Source: Candidatus Uhrbacteria bacterium (GTDB taxonomy: Bacteria; Patescibacteriota; Patescibacteriia; UBA9934). Taken from it: 64,000 nt of DNA. Shown piece after piece: positions 18,382 through 27,189 of the stretch (position 1 is its first letter; the number at the start of each line of letters is the position of its first letter). The translations under genes and the position numbers were made by a program. The notes under the pieces were generated by a model. The model saw only the letters and a list, made by a program, of their open reading frames with translations, was not told the origin of the DNA and did not search any database. The stretch lies in contig CAWGHH010000002.1 in the NCBI GenBank assembly GCA_963822405.1, positions 107,703-171,702 of the forward strand, in the 5' to 3' direction.

Positions 18382-19647
18382 GTGAAAGTCACTGTCGTTG
18401 GCGCTGGTTGGGTGGGGATTATCTCTGCGGCCACGCTCGCCCATTTTGGACACCAGGTTGTTTTAACAGACAACCGTGAAGAGAGGATCGTCGCCCTTAA
18501 GAGGGGCGATTTGCCGTTTTTTGAGCCAGGCCTACCCGAGCTACTTTTAGAAGGGGTGACTGCTGACCGATTGCACTACGCGGTTATGTCAGTTGAAGCC
18601 ATGGCTGAGACAGATATTGTTCTTTGCTCCGTTGGCACTCCGCCTTTACCAAATGGCGCCGCAGATTTATCCGCTGTCTTTGAGGTAGCGCGTGATTTTG
18701 GTCGAGGTATTGAGCGGGGAAGTGTATTCGTTATTCGCTCAACGGTTCCGCCTGGCACAGGAAAACTTTGCCAAGAAATTATTGGCGAGGAATTAAGACT
18801 TCGTGGGGTTACTCGACCATATGCCATTGGTTCAAACCCAGAATTTTTGGCCGAGGGTACCGCTATCCGAGATTCTCTTGAACCTGAGCGTATTGTTATC
18901 GGATCAGAAAGCGAAGCCGGCGAACAGGCGTTGAAAGAACTTTACGCTCCTCTTATTGCAAGTGGCGTGCCCTTGCTTTCGACGAATATTCCAACTAGCG
19001 AACTAACCAAATACGCCGCCAATGCATTTTTAGCGACGAAGATTAGTTTTATAAACGAAATTGCTAACTACGCGGAGTTGGTCGGCGCTTCAGCACACGA
19101 TGTAGCGAAGGGGATGGGTATGGATAGTCGAATCGGCCCAAAGTTTTTGAAGCCAGGCATTGGCTATGGCGGAAGTTGTTTACCAAAAGATGTCAGGGCG
19201 CTCGTGGCCGCTGGTAAAGAGGCCGGTTATCGTTTTCAAATTATTCCGGAGGTCGATCGCGTGAACGTTGGCCAGCGAGTACGTATGTATGAGGTACTTG
19301 TGAGCGCGCTTGGTACCGTACGCGGAAAGCAAATTGTTATTTGGGGAGTCTCTTACAAAGCCGGCACAGACGACACTAGGGAATCACCTGCGTTATATTT
19401 TATCGATCGCCTATCCCGCGAAGGGGCAACTGTTGTTACGTTTGATCCAAAAGTAGGTGATAAGATTCGTTTGCAGTTTCCTCAGGTTGAGGCTGCTGGC
19501 AGTCCCGAAGACTCTCTTCGAGGTGCTGACGCGCTAGTCCTGCTGACTGAATGGCCGGAATTCGCCCCATATACCTTAACAGAATTACGCACTCGATTAC
19601 GTGATGGAGTGGTGCTTGACGCTCGCGGGTACCTGAGGAAAAGATGA
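18382..19647 (+). CDS. UDP-glucose / nucleotide-sugar 6-dehydrogenase
   Basis: GTG start. Rossmann motif KVTVVGAGWVGI and catalytic Cys region GYGGSCLPKDVRAL. Confidence 0.85.
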   Translation: MKVTVVGAGWVGIISAATLAHFGHQVVLTDNREERIVALKRGDLPFFEPGLPELLLEGVTADRLHYAVMSVEAMAETDIVLCSVGTPPLPNGAADLSAVFEVARDFGRGIERGSVFVIRSTVPPGTGKLCQEIIGEELRLRGVTRPYAIGSNPEFLAEGTAIRDSLEPERIVIGSESEAGEQALKELYAPLIASGVPLLSTNIPTSELTKYAANAFLATKISFINEIANYAELVGASAHDVAKGMGMDSRIGPKFLKPGIGYGGSCLPKDVRALVAAGKEAGYRFQIIPEVDRVNVGQRVRMYEVLVSALGTVRGKQIVIWGVSYKAGTDDTRESPALYFIDRLSREGATVVTFDPKVGDKIRLQFPQVEAAGSPEDSLRGADALVLLTEWPEFAPYTLTELRTRLRDGVVLDARGYLRKR

Positions 19648-19677
19648 TTGACTTGAGATGCCAGTAAATGGTACAAG

Positions 19678-21273
19678 GTGCCGTACTTTGTACTATTTTT
19701 TGTGTCTATGAAAATGAAATTCGTCGCGTTCGTTTCGCTCGTCTTGATTTCTGGAATGCGTTTTTCAATACAGCCAGTTTACGCCAGGATATTTCCGCCT
19801 CCAGCGACTATTGTTTCCGCTACCATGCTTGATGTTGATAACAACGGAAAACTAGATCACGTCGATATTGTGTTTTCTGATGATATTAATAGTGCGTCAA
19901 TAGATTTGAGCGATTTTTCAGTAACGGCCTGTACATTTTTTTCAGCCGACTATGTAGTGAATGATTTGAGCCTTCCGTATGCCAATGTAATATCTTTGGC
20001 TATTACTGAAATTGCTGATGGGATGGACACCGGAGTTACTTGTTCAGTAAATGTTTCCGGGATTGCTGATATTTATGATAATGCGGTTGCTGGTTCAGTG
20101 GTTTCTGTCGATGGCGCAGCACCGGTCATCGAGCGGATTCGATACACTGATGACAATTACAACGGAAAGATCGATCGTCTAATCGTTGATTACTCTGAGG
20201 AGTTAGATGCTGAAACTATTGCAAGCTCAGATAATTTCTCGATTGCTAATGACGGCGACTTTGACGGCACTACTGTAGCTTCCAGCGGATCTCTAGAAGT
20301 TGGTGCTGAACTTGGCTGGATCAGCTTGCCACTTAACGAGGGAACCGTTATGGACACGCGTGATGATTCCGCTACTTTCACGCTAGCTACGAACGACGGT
20401 TACAGCATTCGTGACGTTGCCGGCAATACTGACGATCTGATTCGTGAACAGTCTTTGGCTACGATGGATGATATTGCCAAGCCAGAGATTAAGTCCGTTT
20501 CTTACGAGGATGAAAACGGTGACGGTAAAATTGACGGGCTAACCATGGCCTTCACTGAAACTGTTTCATCTGGAAGCTATCTTTGGCCAAATCAGTTGAC
20601 TATTGCTGAGGATGCTGGTTTTACGGATTTACAATTTACATCAGACTCCGAGGATTTGATTAGCGAGAATGCTGATTCGATTTATATTCCGATGACAAAA
20701 TCAAGCGTTGTTTCAACTCATACTGATCTACCAATCGTACTCGGCGTTGGGTCTGACGAAACTGGTTATTATCTACTGGACTTGGCGGGGAACGGTTCCG
20801 GATCTTCTCCTGAAAATTTTGCAGTTACGCAAACACTTGATGGAGCTGCACCGATTCTCGTTTCTTCTGTTCCGGCAGACGAGGGGACGATGAGAAATCT
20901 GAACGCTAATGTTACCTTGAAGTTTTCTGAAGATCTTGATCTAGAAACGGTTAATACGAGTACGGTATATTTCAATGAAGAGGGTGTGTCGTTTATAGTT
21001 GAAGATGCGGTTGATCATTCGGTAGTTACTTTAAATCCGGACGGAGCCTTGGATCCGTTAACTACTTATTACATTAGAATTGTTAGCACTCGTGGAATTG
21101 CTGATCCGGCTGGTAATTATGTCGGCGGTCAAACTCTCATGTTCACCACAACCGACGGTAAGACGAGCGGGTCTGCCGGCTACATCGCGCCGACCAACTT
21201 TGGTTCCAACGACGTAATTCCAGTATCTGAGCCAGCTGGTGAGGTGTCCTCGGAGCTACTGATACAGCTGTAG
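19678..21273 (+). CDS. Secreted repeat protein with Ca-binding-like DxNGKID motifs; likely N-terminal part of a frameshifted gene
   Basis: Signal peptide MKMKFVAFVSLVLISGMRFSIQPVYA. Three ~100-aa repeats containing DNNGKLDHVDIVFSDDI, DNYNGKIDRLIVDYSEEL and DENGDGKIDGLTMAFTE. The reading frame stops at 21273, but a different frame stays open from 21243 to 21764 and continues with homologous sequence. Confidence 0.55.
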   Translation: MPYFVLFFVSMKMKFVAFVSLVLISGMRFSIQPVYARIFPPPATIVSATMLDVDNNGKLDHVDIVFSDDINSASIDLSDFSVTACTFFSADYVVNDLSLPYANVISLAITEIADGMDTGVTCSVNVSGIADIYDNAVAGSVVSVDGAAPVIERIRYTDDNYNGKIDRLIVDYSEELDAETIASSDNFSIANDGDFDGTTVASSGSLEVGAELGWISLPLNEGTVMDTRDDSATFTLATNDGYSIRDVAGNTDDLIREQSLATMDDIAKPEIKSVSYEDENGDGKIDGLTMAFTETVSSGSYLWPNQLTIAEDAGFTDLQFTSDSEDLISENADSIYIPMTKSSVVSTHTDLPIVLGVGSDETGYYLLDLAGNGSGSSPENFAVTQTLDGAAPILVSSVPADEGTMRNLNANVTLKFSEDLDLETVNTSTVYFNEEGVSFIVEDAVDHSVVTLNPDGALDPLTTYYIRIVSTRGIADPAGNYVGGQTLMFTTTDGKTSGSAGYIAPTNFGSNDVIPVSEPAGEVSSELLIQL

Positions 21274-21764
21274 ATCCAATCTCAACAGATGTTCGAGTAG
21301 GCGCTGATGATAACGGCGTCATAGCCGGTGACTATATCCGTGGAACTTCTTGGACTACGGTTTATTACGTTGACGCTGACATGATTCGTCATCCAATCAT
21401 TGATCACCAGACATACTTTACTTACGAGAATTCATGGGACAAAGTGATTGTGTTGGCTGACGAGAAGTTACGCGATTACCCAATGGGGAGCTTATTGCTT
21501 CCTAAGGCGGGAACAGTTTTAGTGAAGTTTGCGTCTATGAATACGGTCTATGCACTTGAGGCTGGAGCGAACGGCGCGACAGTTTTGCGCCTTGTTCCTA
21601 GTGAGGCCATGGCAGCAACTGTGTTTGGTGGCCACTGGGTAGATTACGTGATTGATTTGCCTGTTGTTCTCTATCCGCACTTTAAGAAGGGAGCGGCGGT
21701 TGATTCAAACTTCGTTGTTGACCTGAGCAAGATGAAGACTCGTTTGTCACTAAACAATAATTAA
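21243..21764 (+). pseudogene. Frameshifted C-terminal portion of the 19678 gene (conserved C-terminal domain shared with the 1863-aa protein)
   Basis: The alternate frame is open from 21243 and reads ...IAGDYIRGTSWTTVYYVDADMIRHPIIDHQTYFTYENSWD...LLLPKAGTVLVKFASMNTVYALE...VLRLVPSEAMAATVFGGHWVDYVIDL. This aligns along its length with residues ~1690-1815 of the 27190-32733 protein (GDYMRAQNIDTVYCIDA...MLPKAGVTLVKFRSSPIVYRVIE...VLRPLASEAVAKLNYGENWSDYIIDV). A 1-nt shift near 21245-21270 would fuse the two ORFs. Confidence 0.55.
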
Positions 21765-21802
21765 GATTCTAGATAAAACAGCACTCCGAAAGGGGTGCTG
21801 TT

Positions 21803-22573
21803 TTGTGTTACAATATGTCTTGTATGGTTATCTTCCCGTCGCGTACGTCAAAAAATGTTGTACGCGAAGAATCTTCGGCTAGAATTCCTCTCACAGAGGA
21901 AGAGCGATTGCAATATAAGCAAGGATATAGACCGGCGCGGATGAGTGATATCACCTGGCGTATTTTTCGGATAATGGCGGAGTTTGTGGAGGGGTTTCAA
22001 TTTCTTTCGACTACTAGTAATGAAGTTTCGATCTTTGGTTCTGCTCGAATTCCACCTGGAAACAAGTGGTATGAGGAGGCGGTTAAGTTAGGTTCACTTT
22101 TAGGAAAGAATGGTTTTACGGTGGTGACCGGTGGGGGTCCTGGAATCATGGAGGCGGCTAACAAGGGGGCGTTTGAAGTCGGCGCTCGTTCGGTCGGCTT
22201 GAACATTCAGTTACCAAAAGAACAGCGTATTAATCCTTACGTGACAGAGTCTCGTGCTTTCTATTATTTCTTTACGCGCAAAGTAATGCTTGCAGCTTCG
22301 GCGCAGGCCTATGTCTATTTTCCCGGCGGTTTTGGAACGCTCGATGAAATGTTTGAAATTCTAACTTTGATTCAAACCGGTAAGTCGGAAAAAGTGCCAA
22401 TGGTGCTTGTGGGTAAGGAATATTGGGGCGAACTTTGGGACTGGCTTCGTGACCGGGTTTATGATAAGATGGATGCCATTGAGCGCGCGGATTTAGACCT
22501 CGTGCGCATCGTGGATACGGCAGAGGAGGCGTATGCGATTGTTTCTAAATCGACCGAACGACACTTCTTTTAA
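21803..22573 (+). CDS. LOG-family protein (cytokinin riboside 5'-monophosphate phosphoribohydrolase-like, TIGR00730)
   Basis: Motifs VVTGGGPGIMEAANKGA and YVYFPGGFGTLDEMFEILTLIQTGK. The true start may lie downstream of the tabulated one. Confidence 0.8.
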   Translation: MCYNMSCMVIFPSRTSKNVVREESSARIPLTEEERLQYKQGYRPARMSDITWRIFRIMAEFVEGFQFLSTTSNEVSIFGSARIPPGNKWYEEAVKLGSLLGKNGFTVVTGGGPGIMEAANKGAFEVGARSVGLNIQLPKEQRINPYVTESRAFYYFFTRKVMLAASAQAYVYFPGGFGTLDEMFEILTLIQTGKSEKVPMVLVGKEYWGELWDWLRDRVYDKMDAIERADLDLVRIVDTAEEAYAIVSKSTERHFF

Positions 22574-22576
22574 GCT

Positions 22577-24145
22577 ATGTCCGAACGCCTGATACGGCTT
22601 GCTCAGCATCTTGTCCCCGAAAAGGCTTTTGGCTCAACTGCGAGCGACGAGTTGATTGAGGTAAGCGCGCCAGCATCTACGGCAGCTTCTATCTACGAGC
22701 GCATCAGAAATTCGCTCGAGTATCAGGAGGAACATCTTCTGCGCCGTAACGCAATTTTACGAATTTTGAAACGCTACGTGGGCACTCACGCTACTTTAGA
22801 AAGCACGGCCGGAAATTTGTTGCGCGAACTAGTCTGGGCTAAGTATTTACCAAATAAAGTAGTACCAACATCTTTTGTAAATCAGCTCGCGCCAATTCTC
22901 GCGAAGTATGAGGTTCTGTTGAAGGCCGCTGAAGAAAACAAAGAAGATTCCGACACGCTTTTCTATATCGTTTTAGATATTTTAGCGACTGAGATTGAAT
23001 ACTTACTCCAGCCACCAAACGCAGATGAGGCGCTAGCCAGCTTCATGTATGAGGAGATGAAGGTTAGGACAGAATGGGATCCGTCGCTCGCTATTTCCGC
23101 TGAAGACAAAGATTTGCGGTTCTATGTGGCTGTGCACCGATCGCTCCTGAAATCTACATCCGCCACTCTTCGTTTTAGACTATTTACACTTTACTATCCG
23201 GCTTGGCGTGAGCTAGGCGCGGATGACTCACTGGTAGCTGAAATCGCCGCTAACTTGCCGGCTGTTGTTGGGGCTATCGAGGGCCAGATTGCCCATCCAC
23301 TGACTGAGAAACTGACGCGCTTGCTTCGTCGCCGGGCCGGTATATTCCGTGTGCTCGGGGATGTACTTAAGGGCGCAAAAGCGGAAATGTATGATGATCC
23401 GCATGATCTTGACGTAGCTGTTGCCGAGGCACTGGCGGTTAGAACCTCTGATTTTAAAGTTCGCCTCAGAAGAACTACGGTTCGTACTATTATCTTTTTG
23501 CTTATCACGAAGATGTTCTTAGCGTTGCTCCTGGAAGTTCCGTATGACACGCTGTTGATTAAAGAAAAAGTGGCGCTTTATCCGCTGTTTGTAAATATTC
23601 TTTTCCATCCTCTGTTCTTGGCCATTATTTCGCTCACCATTAAGATTCCAGAAAAAGAAAACTTAGCAGACTATAAAAATGCTATTCGTGCTTTGTCAGT
23701 TGGGGCAGATCATCCGGTTCTTCATGTTCGAGTAAAACGTGAAGTGCGTGGCAAGTGGCAGATTTTCTTTGACGCCATTTACGGTGCATTATTTGTTGCA
23801 GTTTACGGAGCTATCGGTTGGTTCCTTCACACTGTTCATTTCCATATCCTCTCGATCTCGCTTTTCTTGTTTTTCTTGTCGATTGTAACGTTCTTTGGTA
23901 TTCGCATTAGAACTAGTGCGAAGGATATTATCGCGTCCGACTCTCGCAGTGGTTTCTTTGGAACCGTTTTCGATATTCTTCTTTTGCCGATCGTCCGGGC
24001 CGGCTCATGGTTGTCTGAAAAAGTTTCCAAGATCAATGTGTTTATTTACTTCTTTGACTTCATCCTTGAAGCTCCGCTTAAAGTCGCCATTCAATTTATT
24101 GAGGGCTGGCTAGCGTACATCCGTGAAAAACGCGAACAAATTTAA
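22577..24145 (+). CDS. Hypothetical integral membrane protein (soluble N-terminal domain plus 4-5 TM C-terminal domain)
   Basis: 522 aa. N-terminal ~300 aa is hydrophilic; C-terminal part has several hydrophobic helices. No motif recognised. Confidence 0.45.
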   Translation: MSERLIRLAQHLVPEKAFGSTASDELIEVSAPASTAASIYERIRNSLEYQEEHLLRRNAILRILKRYVGTHATLESTAGNLLRELVWAKYLPNKVVPTSFVNQLAPILAKYEVLLKAAEENKEDSDTLFYIVLDILATEIEYLLQPPNADEALASFMYEEMKVRTEWDPSLAISAEDKDLRFYVAVHRSLLKSTSATLRFRLFTLYYPAWRELGADDSLVAEIAANLPAVVGAIEGQIAHPLTEKLTRLLRRRAGIFRVLGDVLKGAKAEMYDDPHDLDVAVAEALAVRTSDFKVRLRRTTVRTIIFLLITKMFLALLLEVPYDTLLIKEKVALYPLFVNILFHPLFLAIISLTIKIPEKENLADYKNAIRALSVGADHPVLHVRVKREVRGKWQIFFDAIYGALFVAVYGAIGWFLHTVHFHILSISLFLFFLSIVTFFGIRIRTSAKDIIASDSRSGFFGTVFDILLLPIVRAGSWLSEKVSKINVFIYFFDFILEAPLKVAIQFIEGWLAYIREKREQI

Positions 24146-25145
24146 ACAGTTTAGGATTCCACATTTTATCGGAGGACTATTCTTCGTCCTTGTTTTTCTC
24201 GTCATCACTATTCTTTTTACTAAAGTTTTTTTATTGCCAAGACAGACAAATTTTGGGGTAACGTTTTCTGCCCCTCAAGCTAGATATTTGAAGCTGAACG
24301 CTTGGGAGACGTATATCAGTATGATGGATGATCTTGGCATTAGGCTAATTCGTTTGCCGGTGTATTGGAACGAAACGGAAAAAGTTAGAGGGGTTTTTGA
24401 TTGGAAAGAAACGGATTACTTCATGAATGAAGCGGCTTTGCGAGGTGCTCAAGTGACTCTTGTGTTGGGCCAAAAAGTTCCGCGTTGGCCGGAGTGTCAT
24501 ATTGCGGATTATGCTTTGGGCGAAGTTGGAACTGACGCATATAGTGATGATCTAGTAAGTTTTGTTAAGACGACGGTTGAGCGTTACAAGGATCACCCAG
24601 CGTTGTTACGTTATCAAGTTGAAAACGAACCGTTGTTTCCTTTTGGCGAATGTCCTCCGCCTAATCTCGCCTTGTTAAATCGGGAGATTGACGCGGTTAG
24701 AGCCGCTGATTCGAACCACGATATTCAACTAACTGTTAGCGGTGAAAGTGAATCCTGGCTTGATCTTGCTAAGCGGGCGGATGTAATTGGCGTCAGTCTT
24801 TATCGAGTAGTTTGGAACAAAACTATCGGGCCAATAGTTTATCCGCATTCAGCTGCTTGGTACGCGGTAGAACGTCAGATGATCGCTCCTTGGGTGAAAC
24901 ACTCGATCATTTCTGAGTTGCAGGCAGAGCCGTGGTTTGACGCCGGTGCCATTCCTTCTGGCTTGGGTAGTGCGTACGGGTCTTTTACGGCTGAACGTCT
25001 CCGTGATCACGTGGCCTTTGCCAAGCGAACCGGTTTTTCTGAGGTATATTTGTGGGGCGTGGAGTGGTGGTATTACATGAAAGCCCATGGCGACTCCCGA
25101 TTGTTTGATGAGGCTAGAGTAATTTTTCGATCGAGCAGTTTATGA
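24123..25145 (+). CDS. Membrane-anchored glycoside hydrolase-like protein (GH-A clan / cellulase-like TIM barrel, tentative)
   Basis: N-terminal TM segment, then RLPVYWNETEKVRGVFDW...AQVTLVLGQK...YQVENEP. The NEP catalytic-acid motif resembles GH5/GH42-type hydrolases. Overlaps the preceding gene by 23 nt. Confidence 0.45.
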   Translation: MKNANKFKQFRIPHFIGGLFFVLVFLVITILFTKVFLLPRQTNFGVTFSAPQARYLKLNAWETYISMMDDLGIRLIRLPVYWNETEKVRGVFDWKETDYFMNEAALRGAQVTLVLGQKVPRWPECHIADYALGEVGTDAYSDDLVSFVKTTVERYKDHPALLRYQVENEPLFPFGECPPPNLALLNREIDAVRAADSNHDIQLTVSGESESWLDLAKRADVIGVSLYRVVWNKTIGPIVYPHSAAWYAVERQMIAPWVKHSIISELQAEPWFDAGAIPSGLGSAYGSFTAERLRDHVAFAKRTGFSEVYLWGVEWWYYMKAHGDSRLFDEARVIFRSSSL

Positions 25146-26557
25146 CAAAACGGACAAGGCCTTCGAAGTCTACGCCCTACTCCCTACACGCTACACCCTT
25201 TGATGTGGTAATCATCGGTGGCGGTGGTGCTGGTATTGCAGCCGCTGAAGGGGCAAAAGCCGCTGGGGCAAAAAAGATTTGTTTGATTGAACCAGCTGAA
25301 CTTGGTGGCGAATGTCCGTACAGGGCCTGCGTGCCGACGAAGTCATTGCTTGCTTCGGCGAAAATGTTTCGAGTTCTTCGCGAACACGGCGCCGAGTTCG
25401 GAGTGATTGCGCGAGGCGTTCGATTCGATCTGAAGAAAGCCATGGCGCGAAAAGAATCAGTTATTGAGGCTATTACTGGTGACGACCGGATGACAAAATA
25501 TCTGGCTAGTTTAGGGGTTGACGTGATAAAGGGCAAAGCAGTTTTTGAAGATGCTCATACTATTCGAGCTGCTTCTCGAGTGATTAAGGCAAAGGCTATT
25601 GTTATTGCGACCGGAACCGTCGACGCCATTCCGCCGATTGCCGGAATCGACGAGGTTGAGGTTCTTGGGTATGCCGACGTTGTGAATCTCCCACGTTTGC
25701 CTAAATCAATTGCCATTATCGGCGGTGGTCCGGTTGGTTCAGAGTTCGCTACTTTCTTTGGTTCGGTTGGCGTGAAAACTACGTTGTTCGAGCCAGCCGA
25801 TCACATCTTGTCGCGCGAAGAAGAAGAGTTGTCGCTTTTGGCCGAGACGTCACTTCGCGAGACTGGTGTGACCGTACTAACAAAAACTAAAGTACTTGGC
25901 TTACAAAATGAAAAACGGGGAACGCGCGTCACATACCAAACCGGTCGCCGGCCACGCCAGTACATTTGGGTAGAGGCTGTTATGCTCGCCGCCGGCAAAA
26001 AACCGAACCTTGCTAATCTCGCTATCGAGCGCGCCAAAGTTAAGGCCGACAAAACTGGTCGAGTCGTCATTAATAGCAAACTACAAACAAACGCCAAACA
26101 CATCTTCCTGGCCGGCGACGTTTCCGGCCGAATGATGTTCACGCATACCGCGCATTACGAGGGCTACATCGCAGGCTGGAATGCGGCTGGCGGTTCCGCC
26201 CTCGACACAGACCTTTCCGTCATTCCTCGCGTCACCTTCGTTGACCCCGAACTCGCCTCCGTCGGTCTCACTCAGGCCGAGGCGGTTACGGCCGGGTTCG
26301 AGACGATTGCGTACCGCACGCCTATGCATGTCCTCGCGCGTTCGGCGATCGATGGCAAACAAACCGGTTTGCTAAAAGTAGTCGTCGACAAAAAAACTGA
26401 TCAAATTCTCGGCGCCCATCTACTCGGCGAACGGGCAGGGGAGGTGATTCATGAGCTTGCCATCGCCATGCGTCATTCATTGCCGTTCAATGAAGTTCGT
26501 TCCGGCCTTCGGGCGTACCCAACTTATTCGGAAGCGATTTCTGCGCTCGACGTATGA
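25142..26557 (+). CDS. FAD-dependent pyridine nucleotide-disulfide oxidoreductase (dihydrolipoyl dehydrogenase / mercuric reductase family)
   Basis: FAD motif FDVVIIGGGGAGIAAA, redox-active CPYRACVPTK, a second Rossmann motif IAIIGGGPVGSEFA, and a C-terminal dimerisation domain with HxxxxE. Confidence 0.8.
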   Translation: MTKRTRPSKSTPYSLHATPFDVVIIGGGGAGIAAAEGAKAAGAKKICLIEPAELGGECPYRACVPTKSLLASAKMFRVLREHGAEFGVIARGVRFDLKKAMARKESVIEAITGDDRMTKYLASLGVDVIKGKAVFEDAHTIRAASRVIKAKAIVIATGTVDAIPPIAGIDEVEVLGYADVVNLPRLPKSIAIIGGGPVGSEFATFFGSVGVKTTLFEPADHILSREEEELSLLAETSLRETGVTVLTKTKVLGLQNEKRGTRVTYQTGRRPRQYIWVEAVMLAAGKKPNLANLAIERAKVKADKTGRVVINSKLQTNAKHIFLAGDVSGRMMFTHTAHYEGYIAGWNAAGGSALDTDLSVIPRVTFVDPELASVGLTQAEAVTAGFETIAYRTPMHVLARSAIDGKQTGLLKVVVDKKTDQILGAHLLGERAGEVIHELAIAMRHSLPFNEVRSGLRAYPTYSEAISALDV

Positions 26558-27096
26558 AGAAACTTCTGCACCTCGAAGAGGAGAAACTGGCTAGACTTAA
26601 AGAACAAAATGCAAAAATTTGGTTGACGTTTACTAGGACTCGACCAGCCTGGGGCATGATCCCGGTGCGTATTGTATTCGGGGTTGTTTTGATACTCGAG
26701 GGCATCTCGCGCTTTACGTTTGTTCGACATAACAAGGATAGCTTGCTCGCTCAGCTGCCACACGAATGGCAACTTCCGTTGATTGTCATATTTTCGGTTA
26801 TCGAAATTGTCGGTGGAGCAATGACTATTCCCGGCGTTATGACCCGTTTTGTTGGCATGGCAATTCTGATCGAGATGTTCTTTGCGATCATGTTCGAGCG
26901 TATTCCGTTGGCTTTCAGCGGTGACCTGCAAACGCAAATTTTATTGTTCGGCATTGCCTCACTTCTTATGTTTTCCGGCCCCGGACGATACTCCGTCGAC
27001 GGGGCGATTGCTCGTTACATTTTGCAGAGATACCCAATCGAGAAATGGCGTCTTTATGTTTACGCCGAAACGCCGATAACCAAGTGGTGGGAATGA
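26554..27096 (+). CDS. DoxX-family membrane protein
   Basis: 180 aa with 4 TM segments and a C-terminal GPGRYSVDG motif typical of DoxX. Overlaps the oxidoreductase by 4 nt, suggesting translational coupling. Confidence 0.6.
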   Translation: MKKLLHLEEEKLARLKEQNAKIWLTFTRTRPAWGMIPVRIVFGVVLILEGISRFTFVRHNKDSLLAQLPHEWQLPLIVIFSVIEIVGGAMTIPGVMTRFVGMAILIEMFFAIMFERIPLAFSGDLQTQILLFGIASLLMFSGPGRYSVDGAIARYILQRYPIEKWRLYVYAETPITKWWE

Positions 27097-27189
27097 AGTC
27101 GATTTCTCGTTCAGTCATCCTGAGCTTCGCGAAGGATCTGATTGGATAACTCCCATAATCTTGATGAATATACGCTATACTATTCGCAT

